Position numbers and translations under genes: made by a program. From positions 32,001 to 96,000 of the forward strand of contig CAXXSM010000021.1 of NCBI GenBank assembly GCA_963663405.2: a stretch of 64,000 nt of DNA. The letters run 5' to 3'. This document shows, piece by piece, positions 10,130-19,732 of this stretch; the stretch's first letter is position 1; every line of letters starts with the position of its first letter. Under the pieces are notes generated by a model that did not search any database, had not been told where the DNA came from, and saw only the letters and a program-made list of their open reading frames with translations. The DNA is from a bacterium (GTDB taxonomy: Bacteria > Hinthialibacterota > Hinthialibacteria > Hinthialibacterales > Hinthialibacteraceae).

Positions 10130-11359
10130 ATGTACAAGAGATATATCATACCCTCAATGAAAGAAGCGTTGAACGACACACCGGTTATCGTTGTAATCGG
10201 CGCGCGTCAAGTTGGTAAAAGCACACTTTGTAATCAACTTCTGGATCAAAATATTTTCAAAGCGAGACTTGTTTCGTTAGATGATCCTGTCACCTTAATG
10301 GCGGCCCAATCAGATCCATTGGGATTTTTGGAAGATTTGGGCACGCATGTGATCATTGATGAAATTCAAAGAGCCCCCGGACTCTTTATCAGCATGAAGA
10401 AACTCGTGGATCAGGACCGGGAGGGAAGACGGCTTATTTTGACGGGATCGGCTAACGTAATGACACTTGCCAAAGTGTCAGAATCATTGGCTGGACGAAT
10501 TGAGATACTTCACTTATGGCCGTTATCGCAAGACGAAATTCTTGGAAAACCATCCCCATTTCTGGAAACGCTGATTTCAGGAAACAAATTCCAAGGTCGA
10601 AAAAGTTCATGGAAGAACATTATCAAAGCGGTGGATATCGGGGGATATCCAGAAGCCCTAAAGCGAAAAACAGAGGCCAGACGGTATAAATGGTTTGAAT
10701 CTTATATCAGTTCAATCTTGCAAAAAGACATCAGGGAATTATCAAATATCGAAGGATTAATCCAAATTCCAAATATTCTTCATTTGGTTGGCACGCGCGT
10801 GGGCAGCACGATTAATATGTCGGACATTTCAAGATTATCCGGGATTAAAAATACAACGCTTCAACGGTATATGGCGCTTTTGGAAAATGTATTCGTAATC
10901 GTCCTGGTTCCCGCCTGGACACCCAATATCGAAGGACAATTTGTGAAATCCCCCAAAATCTATCTCAATGATACAGGACTTCTTTGTTACTTGCGGGGAG
11001 AAGATCAGAAGAGTTTAACAGAAAACAGAAGCCATGCGGGCGCATTTTTAGAGAACTTTGTAGTGATGGAGATCACCAAACAACTCAGTTGGTCAGATCA
11101 ATTCGTAAATGTCTATCATTTCAGTATGCATAAAGGGGCGGAAGTGGATTTGGTATTAGAAGACAGGAAGAAACGGCTTTATGGGATAGAGATTAAATCC
11201 TCCGCAACGCTTAGTCAAAATGATTTTAAGGGATTAATACGTCTGGCAAAACTGAGTCAAAAATTTGAAAGAGGCATTGTGCTTTATATGGGAGAAGAAT
11301 CCCTGCGCTTTGGAGACAGGCTCTACGCCGTGCCCGTGTCATCTTTGTGGGAAGAATAA
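10130..11359 (+). CDS. AAA_14 ATPase with DUF4143 domain
   Basis: GARQVGKST Walker A, IIDEIQR, LTGSA, ESLAGR, KSPKIYLNDTGL; C-terminal EVDLV...IEIKS (PD-(D/E)XK-like). Confidence 0.92.
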   Translation: MYKRYIIPSMKEALNDTPVIVVIGARQVGKSTLCNQLLDQNIFKARLVSLDDPVTLMAAQSDPLGFLEDLGTHVIIDEIQRAPGLFISMKKLVDQDREGRRLILTGSANVMTLAKVSESLAGRIEILHLWPLSQDEILGKPSPFLETLISGNKFQGRKSSWKNIIKAVDIGGYPEALKRKTEARRYKWFESYISSILQKDIRELSNIEGLIQIPNILHLVGTRVGSTINMSDISRLSGIKNTTLQRYMALLENVFVIVLVPAWTPNIEGQFVKSPKIYLNDTGLLCYLRGEDQKSLTENRSHAGAFLENFVVMEITKQLSWSDQFVNVYHFSMHKGAEVDLVLEDRKKRLYGIEIKSSATLSQNDFKGLIRLAKLSQKFERGIVLYMGEESLRFGDRLYAVPVSSLWEE

Positions 11360-12488
11360 AGAATGAGCGGAGCACATTTTTTCCTCAACGATAATATCTT
11401 CTTTTTTTCATGAAATGTCAAGAAATTTCGTAGTAAGGGCATGCGGATCACCTTGAGATAGTTTTTGTCTTCGTCCGGTAGACTTATTGATATTATTCAA
11501 AGCCACCGAGCGTAATGGCTTATTTGATAGAGTATATTTGAGTAAATAATCTGCCTATCGTCTTTGTTGATTCTTTAATGGTGTGTTTTTTTTTCGTATT
11601 TGGAAAGTAGTAGTTTAATTTAATTGATTGATTAATGTATTGAAAGAACATATGGGGAGTTCTGTTCTGTTGCGCATGAATTTTCAATGTTATTATTATT
11701 GATTTATCTTGTTTTTTGTTATGATAGATGTTACTATCGAGATTCAACTTTGGCGGTTAATCCTTAGCAAACCGCTTGCTTTGCTACGCAGGAGAATTCG
11801 ATATGAAAACCGGACGTAAAATCCTTCTTATTGCAATAGGTTTTGGGATTTTACTATGGTTCATAGACGCGTGTGTGGATTTCTTTTATCTCTCCGAAGG
11901 CAGTTTTTGGGATGTCCTTCTTATCAATGTGCCGACTCGCGATCTATTTATGCGATTATGCTGGATTTTGTCCTTTCTGGCCGGTTCCTTCATTGTTTAT
12001 AGAATAGTGAACGCCCGTGTCAGCGCCGAGAAGGCGCATCAGGAAACAGAACGGACGCTGACCAATCTAATCAACAATCTGCCCGGCCTCGCCTATCGCT
12101 GTGCGAATGATCCAGATTGGACGATGGAATTCATCAGTGAAAATTGTCTTGAATTGACGGGATATACGTCCGCCGAATTGACCCGGAGTGCAAAAAAAGT
12201 ATACGCGGAAATAATCCATCCCACCGATCGAGAGAATGTGTGGAACAACGTCCAAAAGGCGGTCAATAAAAAAGAACCTTACACTATAATTTTTCGCATC
12301 ACTACGAAAGATGCTATGACCACAATGAACCGTTGGATTTCTATAAGGGTTTGTAAATTAAATAGTTGCGGCAGCGAATTTCCTTGTAATCAAGTATAGG
12401 TTTCAAAAATTTTCGTTTTCGTTCTGTCAAAATCCCAATAAATTCAATATCTTCCCCAAAAAAAGGCTATTTTATACGCGCATAAAAT

Positions 12489-12533
12489 GATAAAGTATAA
12501 GTATTAGATAACCATAAAAACAGATACTTTATC
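12489..12533. promoter_or_regulatory. Inverted repeat upstream of IS orfA (possible autoregulatory site)
   Basis: GATAAAGTAT-N25-ATACTTTATC, perfect 10-bp arms just upstream of the ATG at 12547. Confidence 0.45.
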
Positions 12534-12546
12534 GAACCGGTGAAAA

Positions 12547-13221
12547 ATGACTCCCAACCAACACACGATCGAAGATAAAACCCTTCAAGTTTTTCGGAAG
12601 AAAAAAGTATTGAGAATCGGCCAACTCGCCCGGCTTCTCGAACGGTCTATCCCGACTGCGCGCCGGCGGCTGAAAGAGTGGAAAACCTATACGAGTTATA
12701 ACCACAACGGAAAATATTATGTGCTGCCTGACGTGCCCAAGTTTGACGCCAATGGATTATGGCAGTACGACTCGATCCGCTTCTCTCAACATGGCACGCT
12801 GAAAGAGACGGTGATCCATCTTGTGAAGAATTCGGACAGGGGGCTTTTCGCTCAAGAGATCGGCCGTCTTGTGGGGTTGGCGCCGCATTCATTCTTGTCT
12901 CATTTTCGAGGCGCGTCCGGCTTACAACGAGAACGGTTCAACGGACGATGGATTTATTTTTCCTCGGAGGAGACGATCTTGAACGTACAAAAACGGGAAA
13001 GAGAACGGTGGGCGCAAACCCAATCCACTTCGCTCCTCACAGATGCGGAAGCCGTTCAACTCCTGGTGGAAAGGATTCGACATCCCCACCTCAGTTTAGA
13101 CGATCTGAGCCAGGCGCTTCATACCAAGGGGATGGCCATCTCGTCCGAATCGATTCGCCGTTTTCTCGGCCAGCACGGCCTACTAAAAAAAACAACGGAT
13201 ACGCTCTCGTTCGACACCTGA
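12547..13221 (+). CDS. IS OrfA, helix-turn-helix DNA-binding protein
   Basis: HTH-like segments (IGQLARLLERSIPTARRRL; LDDLSQAL...SSESIRRFL). Ends just after the A8 tract at 13185-13192. Confidence 0.85.
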   Translation: MTPNQHTIEDKTLQVFRKKKVLRIGQLARLLERSIPTARRRLKEWKTYTSYNHNGKYYVLPDVPKFDANGLWQYDSIRFSQHGTLKETVIHLVKNSDRGLFAQEIGRLVGLAPHSFLSHFRGASGLQRERFNGRWIYFSSEETILNVQKRERERWAQTQSTSLLTDAEAVQLLVERIRHPHLSLDDLSQALHTKGMAISSESIRRFLGQHGLLKKTTDTLSFDT

Positions 13222-14996
13222 GAACATATAAGAATCAATTGCTGACCAACCTTTCGGCCGCCACGTGTTTCCCGTCTCCTCCGACCCTTGTGTTTCGGCC
13301 GTCTCATCGCGTTTGTTCTTGCGGCGCGAAACTGAAAGTGCAAAAAACACACAGGAGGACTCTTGTCACCTTGGATATTGGGGAATGGCACGCGAAAGAA
13401 ATCCTTTACTATTGCGATGGCTGCGGCGATCCAACGATCCATTCTTCGGAAGAGTTACAAACGCTGGCGCCCCCTCGATGTAAGTTCGGCTATGATATTT
13501 TGGTCGAGGTAGGAACCGCGTGGTTTCTACGGCGCCGGAGTGAAACCAGTATTCAAGAAGAACTCGCCCGGAAACACATCCGGATTTCCAAGAGCGAAAT
13601 CGAGTATCTCGCCCAAAAATTTATCATTTATCTGGCCGTTGTCCATCGAGAAAACGGTTCCAAAATCAAAGAAGATATGGCGTTGCGGGGAGGCTATATT
13701 CTCCAATTGGATGGAACGTGTGAAGGGGAAAGCCCTCATTTAATGAGTGTCTTGGATGGCCTTTCCGAAATTGTTTTGGACAACGTAAAAATTCCCTCGG
13801 AAAACGCGGAACAAATCATTCCGTTTCTCTCCCGGATTAAAGAGACGTACGGTCTCCCTCAAGCGTTGGTGAGTGATATGGGAAAAGGGATTGGATTGGC
13901 CATCCAAAAAGTGTTCCCGCTCGTCCCTGCTTTCCTCTGTCATTTCCATTTTTTGCGTGATCTCGGAAACGATCTGTTCGGAATCGAAAACGATATTATT
14001 CGGACTCATTTGAAGAAGTACGGCCTGCAAAGTTTGTTGGGTAAATTGGTGAAAGAACTGAAGCCAATTATGAAGGCCGATCCAACCGGCATTGATTCCC
14101 TCGTCACGTGTATCGAAAGCCAAAACGGGGACGAAGAAACGGCGCCGGAATTCCTGCCCGCTGTCTATGCGTTAATTCTCTGGGGATTGGGCGCCAAACA
14201 CCAAGGAGACGGCTTGGGATTTCCGTTCGATCGCCCCCATCTTGTTTTTTATCAACGGCTGGCCATCCTGCGCTCTACCTTCACAAAAATTCAGCCGGCT
14301 CCACCCATTGACCGTCCATTGTATCAACAACTCATTTGTACATTGCAGAAGGTCATGGACGATCCGATTCTCCACTATACCGCCTCCCAAATGCAGCAAA
14401 AGGTTCTTGTGTTCGATCGGCTGCGGAGAGCCATGCGCATCACTCTCCCCGGGAAGAAACAAGGCCTCAATGATGAGGGAGAAGATACCGATATCCGGAC
14501 CATCGAAAAGGGGGTGACTGAGTTCCGCGAATGGCTCTGCGGTGATCCCACTCTTTCAGCGGATGCCGATGTACAAAAGATGATCGCGCAACTCGATAAA
14601 TATTGGGAGAAACTCTTTGCCGATCCCATTGTGGTTGATACGCCGAATGGGAAAGTCACCATCCAACCGCAAAGGACAAACAATCTGCTGGAACGCTTCT
14701 TTCGGAATTTAAAACACAGCCATTGCAAAAAAACGGGAACGAGTTCGATGAAGAAGGTGTTAACGACTATGCTTCCGGATACGCCTCTCGTGAAAAACCT
14801 TGAAAATCGACACTATATGGAGATGATCTTGAAGGGAAGAGCCAGCCTGGAAGAACGATTTGCTGAAATTGATTCGAACACCATTCGCGAAGAAATGAAA
14901 AAAGCCAAGATTCAGAACGAAGGAATTCCACGAAAATTAAAAAAAATCATCACCAAACACGATTTCCCTGGAATCTTGATGAAGTGCTTTTCATAA
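13185..14996 (+). CDS. IS OrfB, DDE transposase; probably fused to OrfA by a -1 frameshift
   Basis: Zn-finger CSCG...CDGC, catalytic LQLDGT and LVSDMG, CHFH motif, RTNNLLERFF. Reading frame is -1 relative to orfA. Confidence 0.88.
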   Translation, partial: KKNNGYALVRHLRTYKNQLLTNLSAATCFPSPPTLVFRPSHRVCSCGAKLKVQKTHRRTLVTLDIGEWHAKEILYYCDGCGDPTIHSSEELQTLAPPRCKFGYDILVEVGTAWFLRRRSETSIQEELARKHIRISKSEIEYLAQKFIIYLAVVHRENGSKIKEDMALRGGYILQLDGTCEGESPHLMSVLDGLSEIVLDNVKIPSENAEQIIPFLSRIKETYGLPQALVSDMGKGIGLAIQKVFPLVPAFLCHFHFLRDLGNDLFGIENDIIRTHLKKYGLQSLLGKLVKELKPIMKADPTGIDSLVTCIESQNGDEETAPEFLPAVYALILWGLGAKHQGDGLGFPFDRPHLVFYQRLAILRSTFTKIQPAPPIDRPLYQQLICTLQKVMDDPILHYTASQMQQKVLVFDRLRRAMRITLPGKKQGLNDEGEDTDIRTIEKGVTEFREWLCGDPTLSADADVQKMIAQLDKYWEKLFADPIVVDTPNGKVTIQPQRTNNLLERFFRNLKHSHCKKTGTSSMKKVLTTMLPDTPLVKNLENRHYMEMILKGRASLEERFAEIDSNTIREEMKKAKIQNEGIPRKLKKIITKHDFPGILMKCFS

Positions 14997-16722
14997 AGAC
15001 GGAATTATTAAATCCAACCGTTTGTTGGGGTCATAGGAAAGATGGAACGAAAAAATGGGTGTGGGAGAGGGGATGTGGTGTCTTTTCTTCTGATGGAGAA
15101 CTCTTGTTTCTAGAGGGATTTATTCACGACATCACCGAGTTCAAAAAAGCGGAAGACGACCTGAAGAAGAGCCAATCCATGATCGAGCGCGCCCAGAAAG
15201 CCGCGCACTTCGGGTGTTGGAATTCGGATCTTCAAACCGGTGAGTTGATCTGGTCTAGTGAAGTGTTCCATATTTTCGGGATCGATCCTGAAACCTTCGA
15301 TGGGAAACGGGAAAAGTTTCACCAATTGGTTCATCCAGATGATCGTGGAACGATGTTTGAAGCGGTTGAAGCCGCTATCCGGAGTCATTCTCCCTACAGT
15401 ATTGAACATCGCATTATCCGCCCAGATGGAACCGTGCGTTGGGTGAGTGAACGGGCGGACGTGATCCTGAATGAAGAAGGCTTACCCATTCAATTGGCAG
15501 GTGTGATATTGGATATCACAGCCAGCAAAAAGATGGAGGAAGAAAAAAAGAAACTCGAACAACAGTTGCAACAATCGCAAAAAATGGAGGCGATTGGCCA
15601 ATTGGCGGGGGGAGTCGCCCACGATTTCAATAATCTGCTTACGGTGATTCAAGGCTACAGCGACCTCGCTCTTATGAGTCTTGATAAGGATAATCCTCAC
15701 CGCGGTGAGATCGAGGAAATTCAAGAGGCCGCCACCCGGGCGGAGACGATTACCCGCCAGTTATTAGCGTTCAGCCGGAAACAGGTGATCCAACCCGTTG
15801 TGTTAAATTTGAATACAACGGTCGCCGATATGGGGAAAATGCTCCAACGTCTGATTGGAGAAGACATCGAACTCATCACCAATTATTCTGATGATTTAAA
15901 AAATGTAAAAGCCGACCGGGGACAGATGGAGCAGGTTGTTGTCAACCTCGCCGTCAATGCGCGGGACGCGATGCCCGACGGGGGAACCTTGACAATTGAA
16001 ACCGCCAATGTCGAATTGGATGAAACCTATACGAATCAACGAGTTGATGTGAATCCCGGTTTGTACGTCATGCTGGCGGTCAGCGATAGTGGGACGGGAA
16101 TGGAACCGGAAGTTTTATCTCACATCTTTGAACCCTTCTTTACGACAAAAGAAAAAGACAAAGGTACCGGCCTTGGATTAGCCACTGTCTATGGCATCGT
16201 GAAACAAAACAATGGTCATATTGGGGTGTATAGCGAACCGGGATATGGCGCCACATTTAAAATCTATCTTCCACAGACGGAAGAATCGATTCCATCCTCG
16301 AAATCCGATTCTTTAAACACCAGTCATTTGCATGGCACGGAAACGGTTTTAGTTCTCGAAGACGATAAAAATGTCCGTGTCTTAACGGAAACGACGTTGA
16401 CTCAGTTTGGGTATCATGTGTTTACGGCGGCGGACAGTGATGAAGCGTTTGCATTGTTCGATCGACATGCGGAATCCATTGATATTCTAATAACAGATGT
16501 GATTATGCCGAAAATGAGCGGCCCTACCGTTGTCAAACATCTCAACGCCACGATCCCCAATTTGAAAGTGCTTTATATCTCTGGCTATACGGATAATACT
16601 ATTTTCAACCAAGGTGTTATCGAACCCGGTTCCTTATTCTTACAGAAACCGTTTCAGCCGATCGCTTTGGTGAAAAAAGTGCGGGAAGCGCTTGCTGCGG
16701 AATAAAATTGTTGTATTTAACG

Positions 16723-17472
16723 TTACTGCGCCGCGTTCAATTGATAGGAAATTGTGAAATTCTTCTCTTGCTGTCTTTGGAGAGCGCATTCCCATTCCAT
16801 TGTTTGAGAATCCATAGAAGAAGGCTCTGGTGTGGTTTGAATGATTTGCGCGTTGGCGGGAAGAACCATTCGCAGACGAAAGATCTGACTGGCGCGTGGC
16901 GTATACCGGTATGAGTAGGTTAAAAAACCGCTTTCGATTTGAATCGCCTGTTTTTGATTGATACGGACGTAAACCGCCGGCGCCCGGTAGCCGGGCAGTT
17001 GGACGGCGCAGCGTGTATACCCCCCGAAACCCCGCGAGTGAAAAGCGAGAGAGCGGTGGTTGAGATCCTGTATTTCAATGACATTCCCTGGCAGCAGAAT
17101 ATTGGCGGAATTGTTTTTAATTCGCGCCGGGAGGGGAACTAAATAATCAAGCGTTACATCGCCATTTGGTTTCAATGTAACTGTATGCTCACGCAAGAGT
17201 CCCCGTCCGGTTTCATACCGGTCTCCATCAATGCGCGCGATTGAATGAAACGGAATCCTGAGCGATCCGTACTCCGTGTCGATCATCAGAATTTCCGCCG
17301 TCGTGTCCCTGATCGTCCCTGCGAGAATTTGTCCGTCCTCTGTTTCGATAACCGTTTCGCCTTGGAGTTGAGGAAAAGGTTGCTTCTCGCAGAAACTCAA
17401 ATTGGGGAAGAGGGAGAACGCTCCTAGGAGCCCCGTTCCGAACCAGATGTAACTCATCATTCGCGCATTCAT
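16723..17472 (-). CDS. Hypothetical exported protein, last gene of the ECF/ABC operon
   Basis: Track ORF 16723-17493 abuts the permease stop; N-terminal hydrophobic segment; start uncertain. Confidence 0.7.
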   Translation of the reverse strand: MNARMMSYIWFGTGLLGAFSLFPNLSFCEKQPFPQLQGETVIETEDGQILAGTIRDTTAEILMIDTEYGSLRIPFHSIARIDGDRYETGRGLLREHTVTLKPNGDVTLDYLVPLPARIKNNSANILLPGNVIEIQDLNHRSLAFHSRGFGGYTRCAVQLPGYRAPAVYVRINQKQAIQIESGFLTYSYRYTPRASQIFRLRMVLPANAQIIQTTPEPSSMDSQTMEWECALQRQQEKNFTISYQLNAAQ

Positions 17473-17482
17473 TTTAATCCCG

Positions 17483-18808
17483 TTATGTTTCAATAATCCC
17501 GCTGCGATCGCTATACCGGATCCAGCGCCAGAGTTCGTTGAGATTCGGGCGTTTTCCGGTCATGAGAATGCCGACCCGGAAAATACGCGCGGCGATTGTA
17601 ATACACAGGACCGCGAAGAATAACGTGTTTAACGCGGTTAAGGCGATTTCCCATAAAGGGATAGGCGCGGCGACCATACGGATCGCCATCACTGTCGGTG
17701 TAAAGACGGGAATGAAACTGATTAATCTAACCAGCCACCAATTCGGCTGCGTGACAAAAACGAAATTGAACATCAATGGCAGCACGAGCATCATAGTAAT
17801 AATTCCCTGCGTCTGCTGGGATTCGGTTTCATCTCCTACCATGGCGCCGATAGCGGCGAAAATCGAGGCGTATAATAAGTACCCGGTCGTCAGAAAAATG
17901 AGAAAATGAAGAAAATACAAAGGCGGCACGAATTCAGAAACCGCGAAGCCTTGGCTTTGTAAAATCAAGACTCCCGCTCCAACCCACACAGCAAATTCGA
18001 TTAAGCCGATGATGTAAAATCCTAAGACTTTTCCCGCAAGAATTTCCGTGGGAGAAAGCGAGGAGACAAGAATCTCCACTACCCGTGATGTTTTTTCTTC
18101 CACCACGCCGCGAATGAGCATCTGGCTGGTGGTAAATGTCAAGAAAAACATCATCATCACGCAGACAATGCCGGGTGCGATGATTTTTCCGAAATCCGCC
18201 TTGCGTTTCATTCCCGCCTCTTCGGACGCGGTTTCCTGGGTGATTTCATATTCGTTCCAGCTGATCCCACGCGAAAGTTGAGAGATCATCTCGGGATCGA
18301 ATCCTTTCGCTTCCAGCCGGATTCGCCGGACGACAGATGTTAAGCCATTCATGATTTCCCGCGGCAATTCAAGACCAAATCCGCGCATCGAGTAAAAATC
18401 GCACTGACCGTTTTGAGTGATATCCCCATTGATGACTGCATAGGCGTCCCATTCTTTTTTGAGGACTTTGTCTTGCGCATTTTTGATTAAGACATCTTTG
18501 GATACGCCCGTTACCGATACAGGGAACAGGGAGAAGAGCGGGAGTCCATTCGGCAATTTACGATGTTGCAGTTTTGACTGCCACTCGTCGATGATTGACG
18601 GTTCTAATCCAATGACGCCGATTTCAAGGGATTCAGTCCGGGTATTCTCCGCCGAGAGGATCAATTTCTGGGCGATAGAAGGGAGATAAGACACCAGGAA
18701 AAACATAACAGCCGGTAGAACCAACGTCAGGATGAAACCTTTTGTATTGATCACCGTCCAGATTTCCCGCTGGGCAACGAGACGGATATTTTGAAAACTG
18801 GTATTCAT
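17483..18808 (-). CDS. ABC-2 type transporter permease (NatB/YhaP-like)
   Basis: VVEEKTSRVVEILVSS...GKVLG motif, one N-terminal TM, large extracytoplasmic loop, further C-terminal TM helices. Confidence 0.92.
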   Translation of the reverse strand: MNTSFQNIRLVAQREIWTVINTKGFILTLVLPAVMFFLVSYLPSIAQKLILSAENTRTESLEIGVIGLEPSIIDEWQSKLQHRKLPNGLPLFSLFPVSVTGVSKDVLIKNAQDKVLKKEWDAYAVINGDITQNGQCDFYSMRGFGLELPREIMNGLTSVVRRIRLEAKGFDPEMISQLSRGISWNEYEITQETASEEAGMKRKADFGKIIAPGIVCVMMMFFLTFTTSQMLIRGVVEEKTSRVVEILVSSLSPTEILAGKVLGFYIIGLIEFAVWVGAGVLILQSQGFAVSEFVPPLYFLHFLIFLTTGYLLYASIFAAIGAMVGDETESQQTQGIITMMLVLPLMFNFVFVTQPNWWLVRLISFIPVFTPTVMAIRMVAAPIPLWEIALTALNTLFFAVLCITIAARIFRVGILMTGKRPNLNELWRWIRYSDRSGIIET

Positions 18809-19713
18809 GATGGATCCTCTTGGTTCCCCACGAGACGCACAAAGATATCGTGCAAGGTGGGCGCCGCTTTTACGATGTTGTAGACATCGAGCCGGGTGGA
18901 TAACTCTCTAATCACATCGGGGATCGAAGCGTCTCCGTTAAGACGAAGCCGTAGACGATGATCTTGGTTGTCCTCGATCGCAACGCCGGGGATGGATTGG
19001 ATCGATTTTGAATCGCCTTGGTATTCAACAATCAGCCGGTCCTGCCCTTCCTCTTGTTGAATCGAATTCAGCGTACCATGCCGGATCACGCGCCCGCGGT
19101 GAATAAGAGTGAGGCTTTTACACAGTTGTTCAGCGTCTTCCATGCGGTGAGTGGAGATTATCACTGTGGCCCCTCGTTCTACCTCCTCATTGAGGATCTG
19201 TTTCATCCGATCGACGCCGATGGGATCGAGGCTGGTGAACGGTTCGTCCAGAACCAGGATATCGGGCTTGTGAAGCAGCGCGATCAACAATTGAATTCGC
19301 TGCTGATTGCCCTTCGAGAGTTCCTGAATTTTTTGGTTCAGTTCGCCTGTTAGTTCGATTCGCTTGATCCCTTCTTCGATACGGGAATCAATCTCTATCC
19401 GGGGGACGCCTTTGATCGCCGCGCAGTAATGAAGAAGATCGTAGACCTTCATTTTTTGATAGAGGCCCCGGTCTTCCGGGAGATAGCCGATCCGCTCTTT
19501 CAAGCGGATCGACCGGTCTCCATAGACATTCACACACCCTTCGTCTGGAGCGAAGATGCCGATGAGAATCCGCATCAGGGTGGTCTTCCCAGCCCCATTG
19601 GGGCCGAGAAGACCGAAGATTTCCTGCCGGGGCACGGTGAAAGAAACCCGATCCAACGCGAGGGTGTTCCGGAACCGTTTTGTTACCCCATCAATCTGTA
19701 TCGCGGCGTCCAT
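18805..19713 (-). CDS. ABC transporter ATP-binding protein (NatA/YhaQ-like)
   Basis: GPNGAGKTT, LSKGNQQ signature, VLDEP, STH. Start at MDAAIQ (19713). ATGA overlap with the permease. Confidence 0.95.
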   Translation of the reverse strand: MDAAIQIDGVTKRFRNTLALDRVSFTVPRQEIFGLLGPNGAGKTTLMRILIGIFAPDEGCVNVYGDRSIRLKERIGYLPEDRGLYQKMKVYDLLHYCAAIKGVPRIEIDSRIEEGIKRIELTGELNQKIQELSKGNQQRIQLLIALLHKPDILVLDEPFTSLDPIGVDRMKQILNEEVERGATVIISTHRMEDAEQLCKSLTLIHRGRVIRHGTLNSIQQEEGQDRLIVEYQGDSKSIQSIPGVAIEDNQDHRLRLRLNGDASIPDVIRELSTRLDVYNIVKAAPTLHDIFVRLVGNQEDPS

Positions 19714-19732
19714 TGATAATCCTTTTGTTTTC

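Larger units (their letters stand above)
12314..15036 (+). mobile_element. Insertion sequence, 2723 bp, two-ORF DDE element
   Basis: Left end CTATGACCACAATGAACCGTTGGATTT matches the reverse complement of the right end (15010-15036) at 23/27 positions. 8-bp direct repeat GAAAGATG at 12306-12313 and 15037-15044. Confidence 0.95.
11803..16705 (+). pseudogene. Membrane PAS hybrid sensor histidine kinase/response regulator, interrupted by an IS
   Basis: 5' part (two TM helices, PAS start) ends at 12313. 3' part from 15037 has PAS, H-box [11 protein letters not shown], ATPase G-boxes and REC domain. Removing the IS and one target copy gives in-frame FRITTKDGTKKWVWERG. Confidence 0.92.

Noticed and set aside
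10028-10130. Short TATAC/GTATA repeats upstream of the AAA ATPase
   Set aside because: Too short and degenerate to support an operator call.
11520-11747. 75-aa minus-strand ORF in AT-rich DNA
   Set aside because: Low-complexity intergenic promoter region; no RBS or motifs.
12314-12399. C-terminus of the 207-aa ORF 11776-12399 as a complete gene
   Set aside because: These codons are read-through into the IS left end; the gene is the truncated kinase.
12759-13184. N-terminal extension of the 745-aa transposase ORF
   Set aside because: Overlaps orfA in another frame and reads as non-protein-like; the real OrfB portion begins near the A8 tract.
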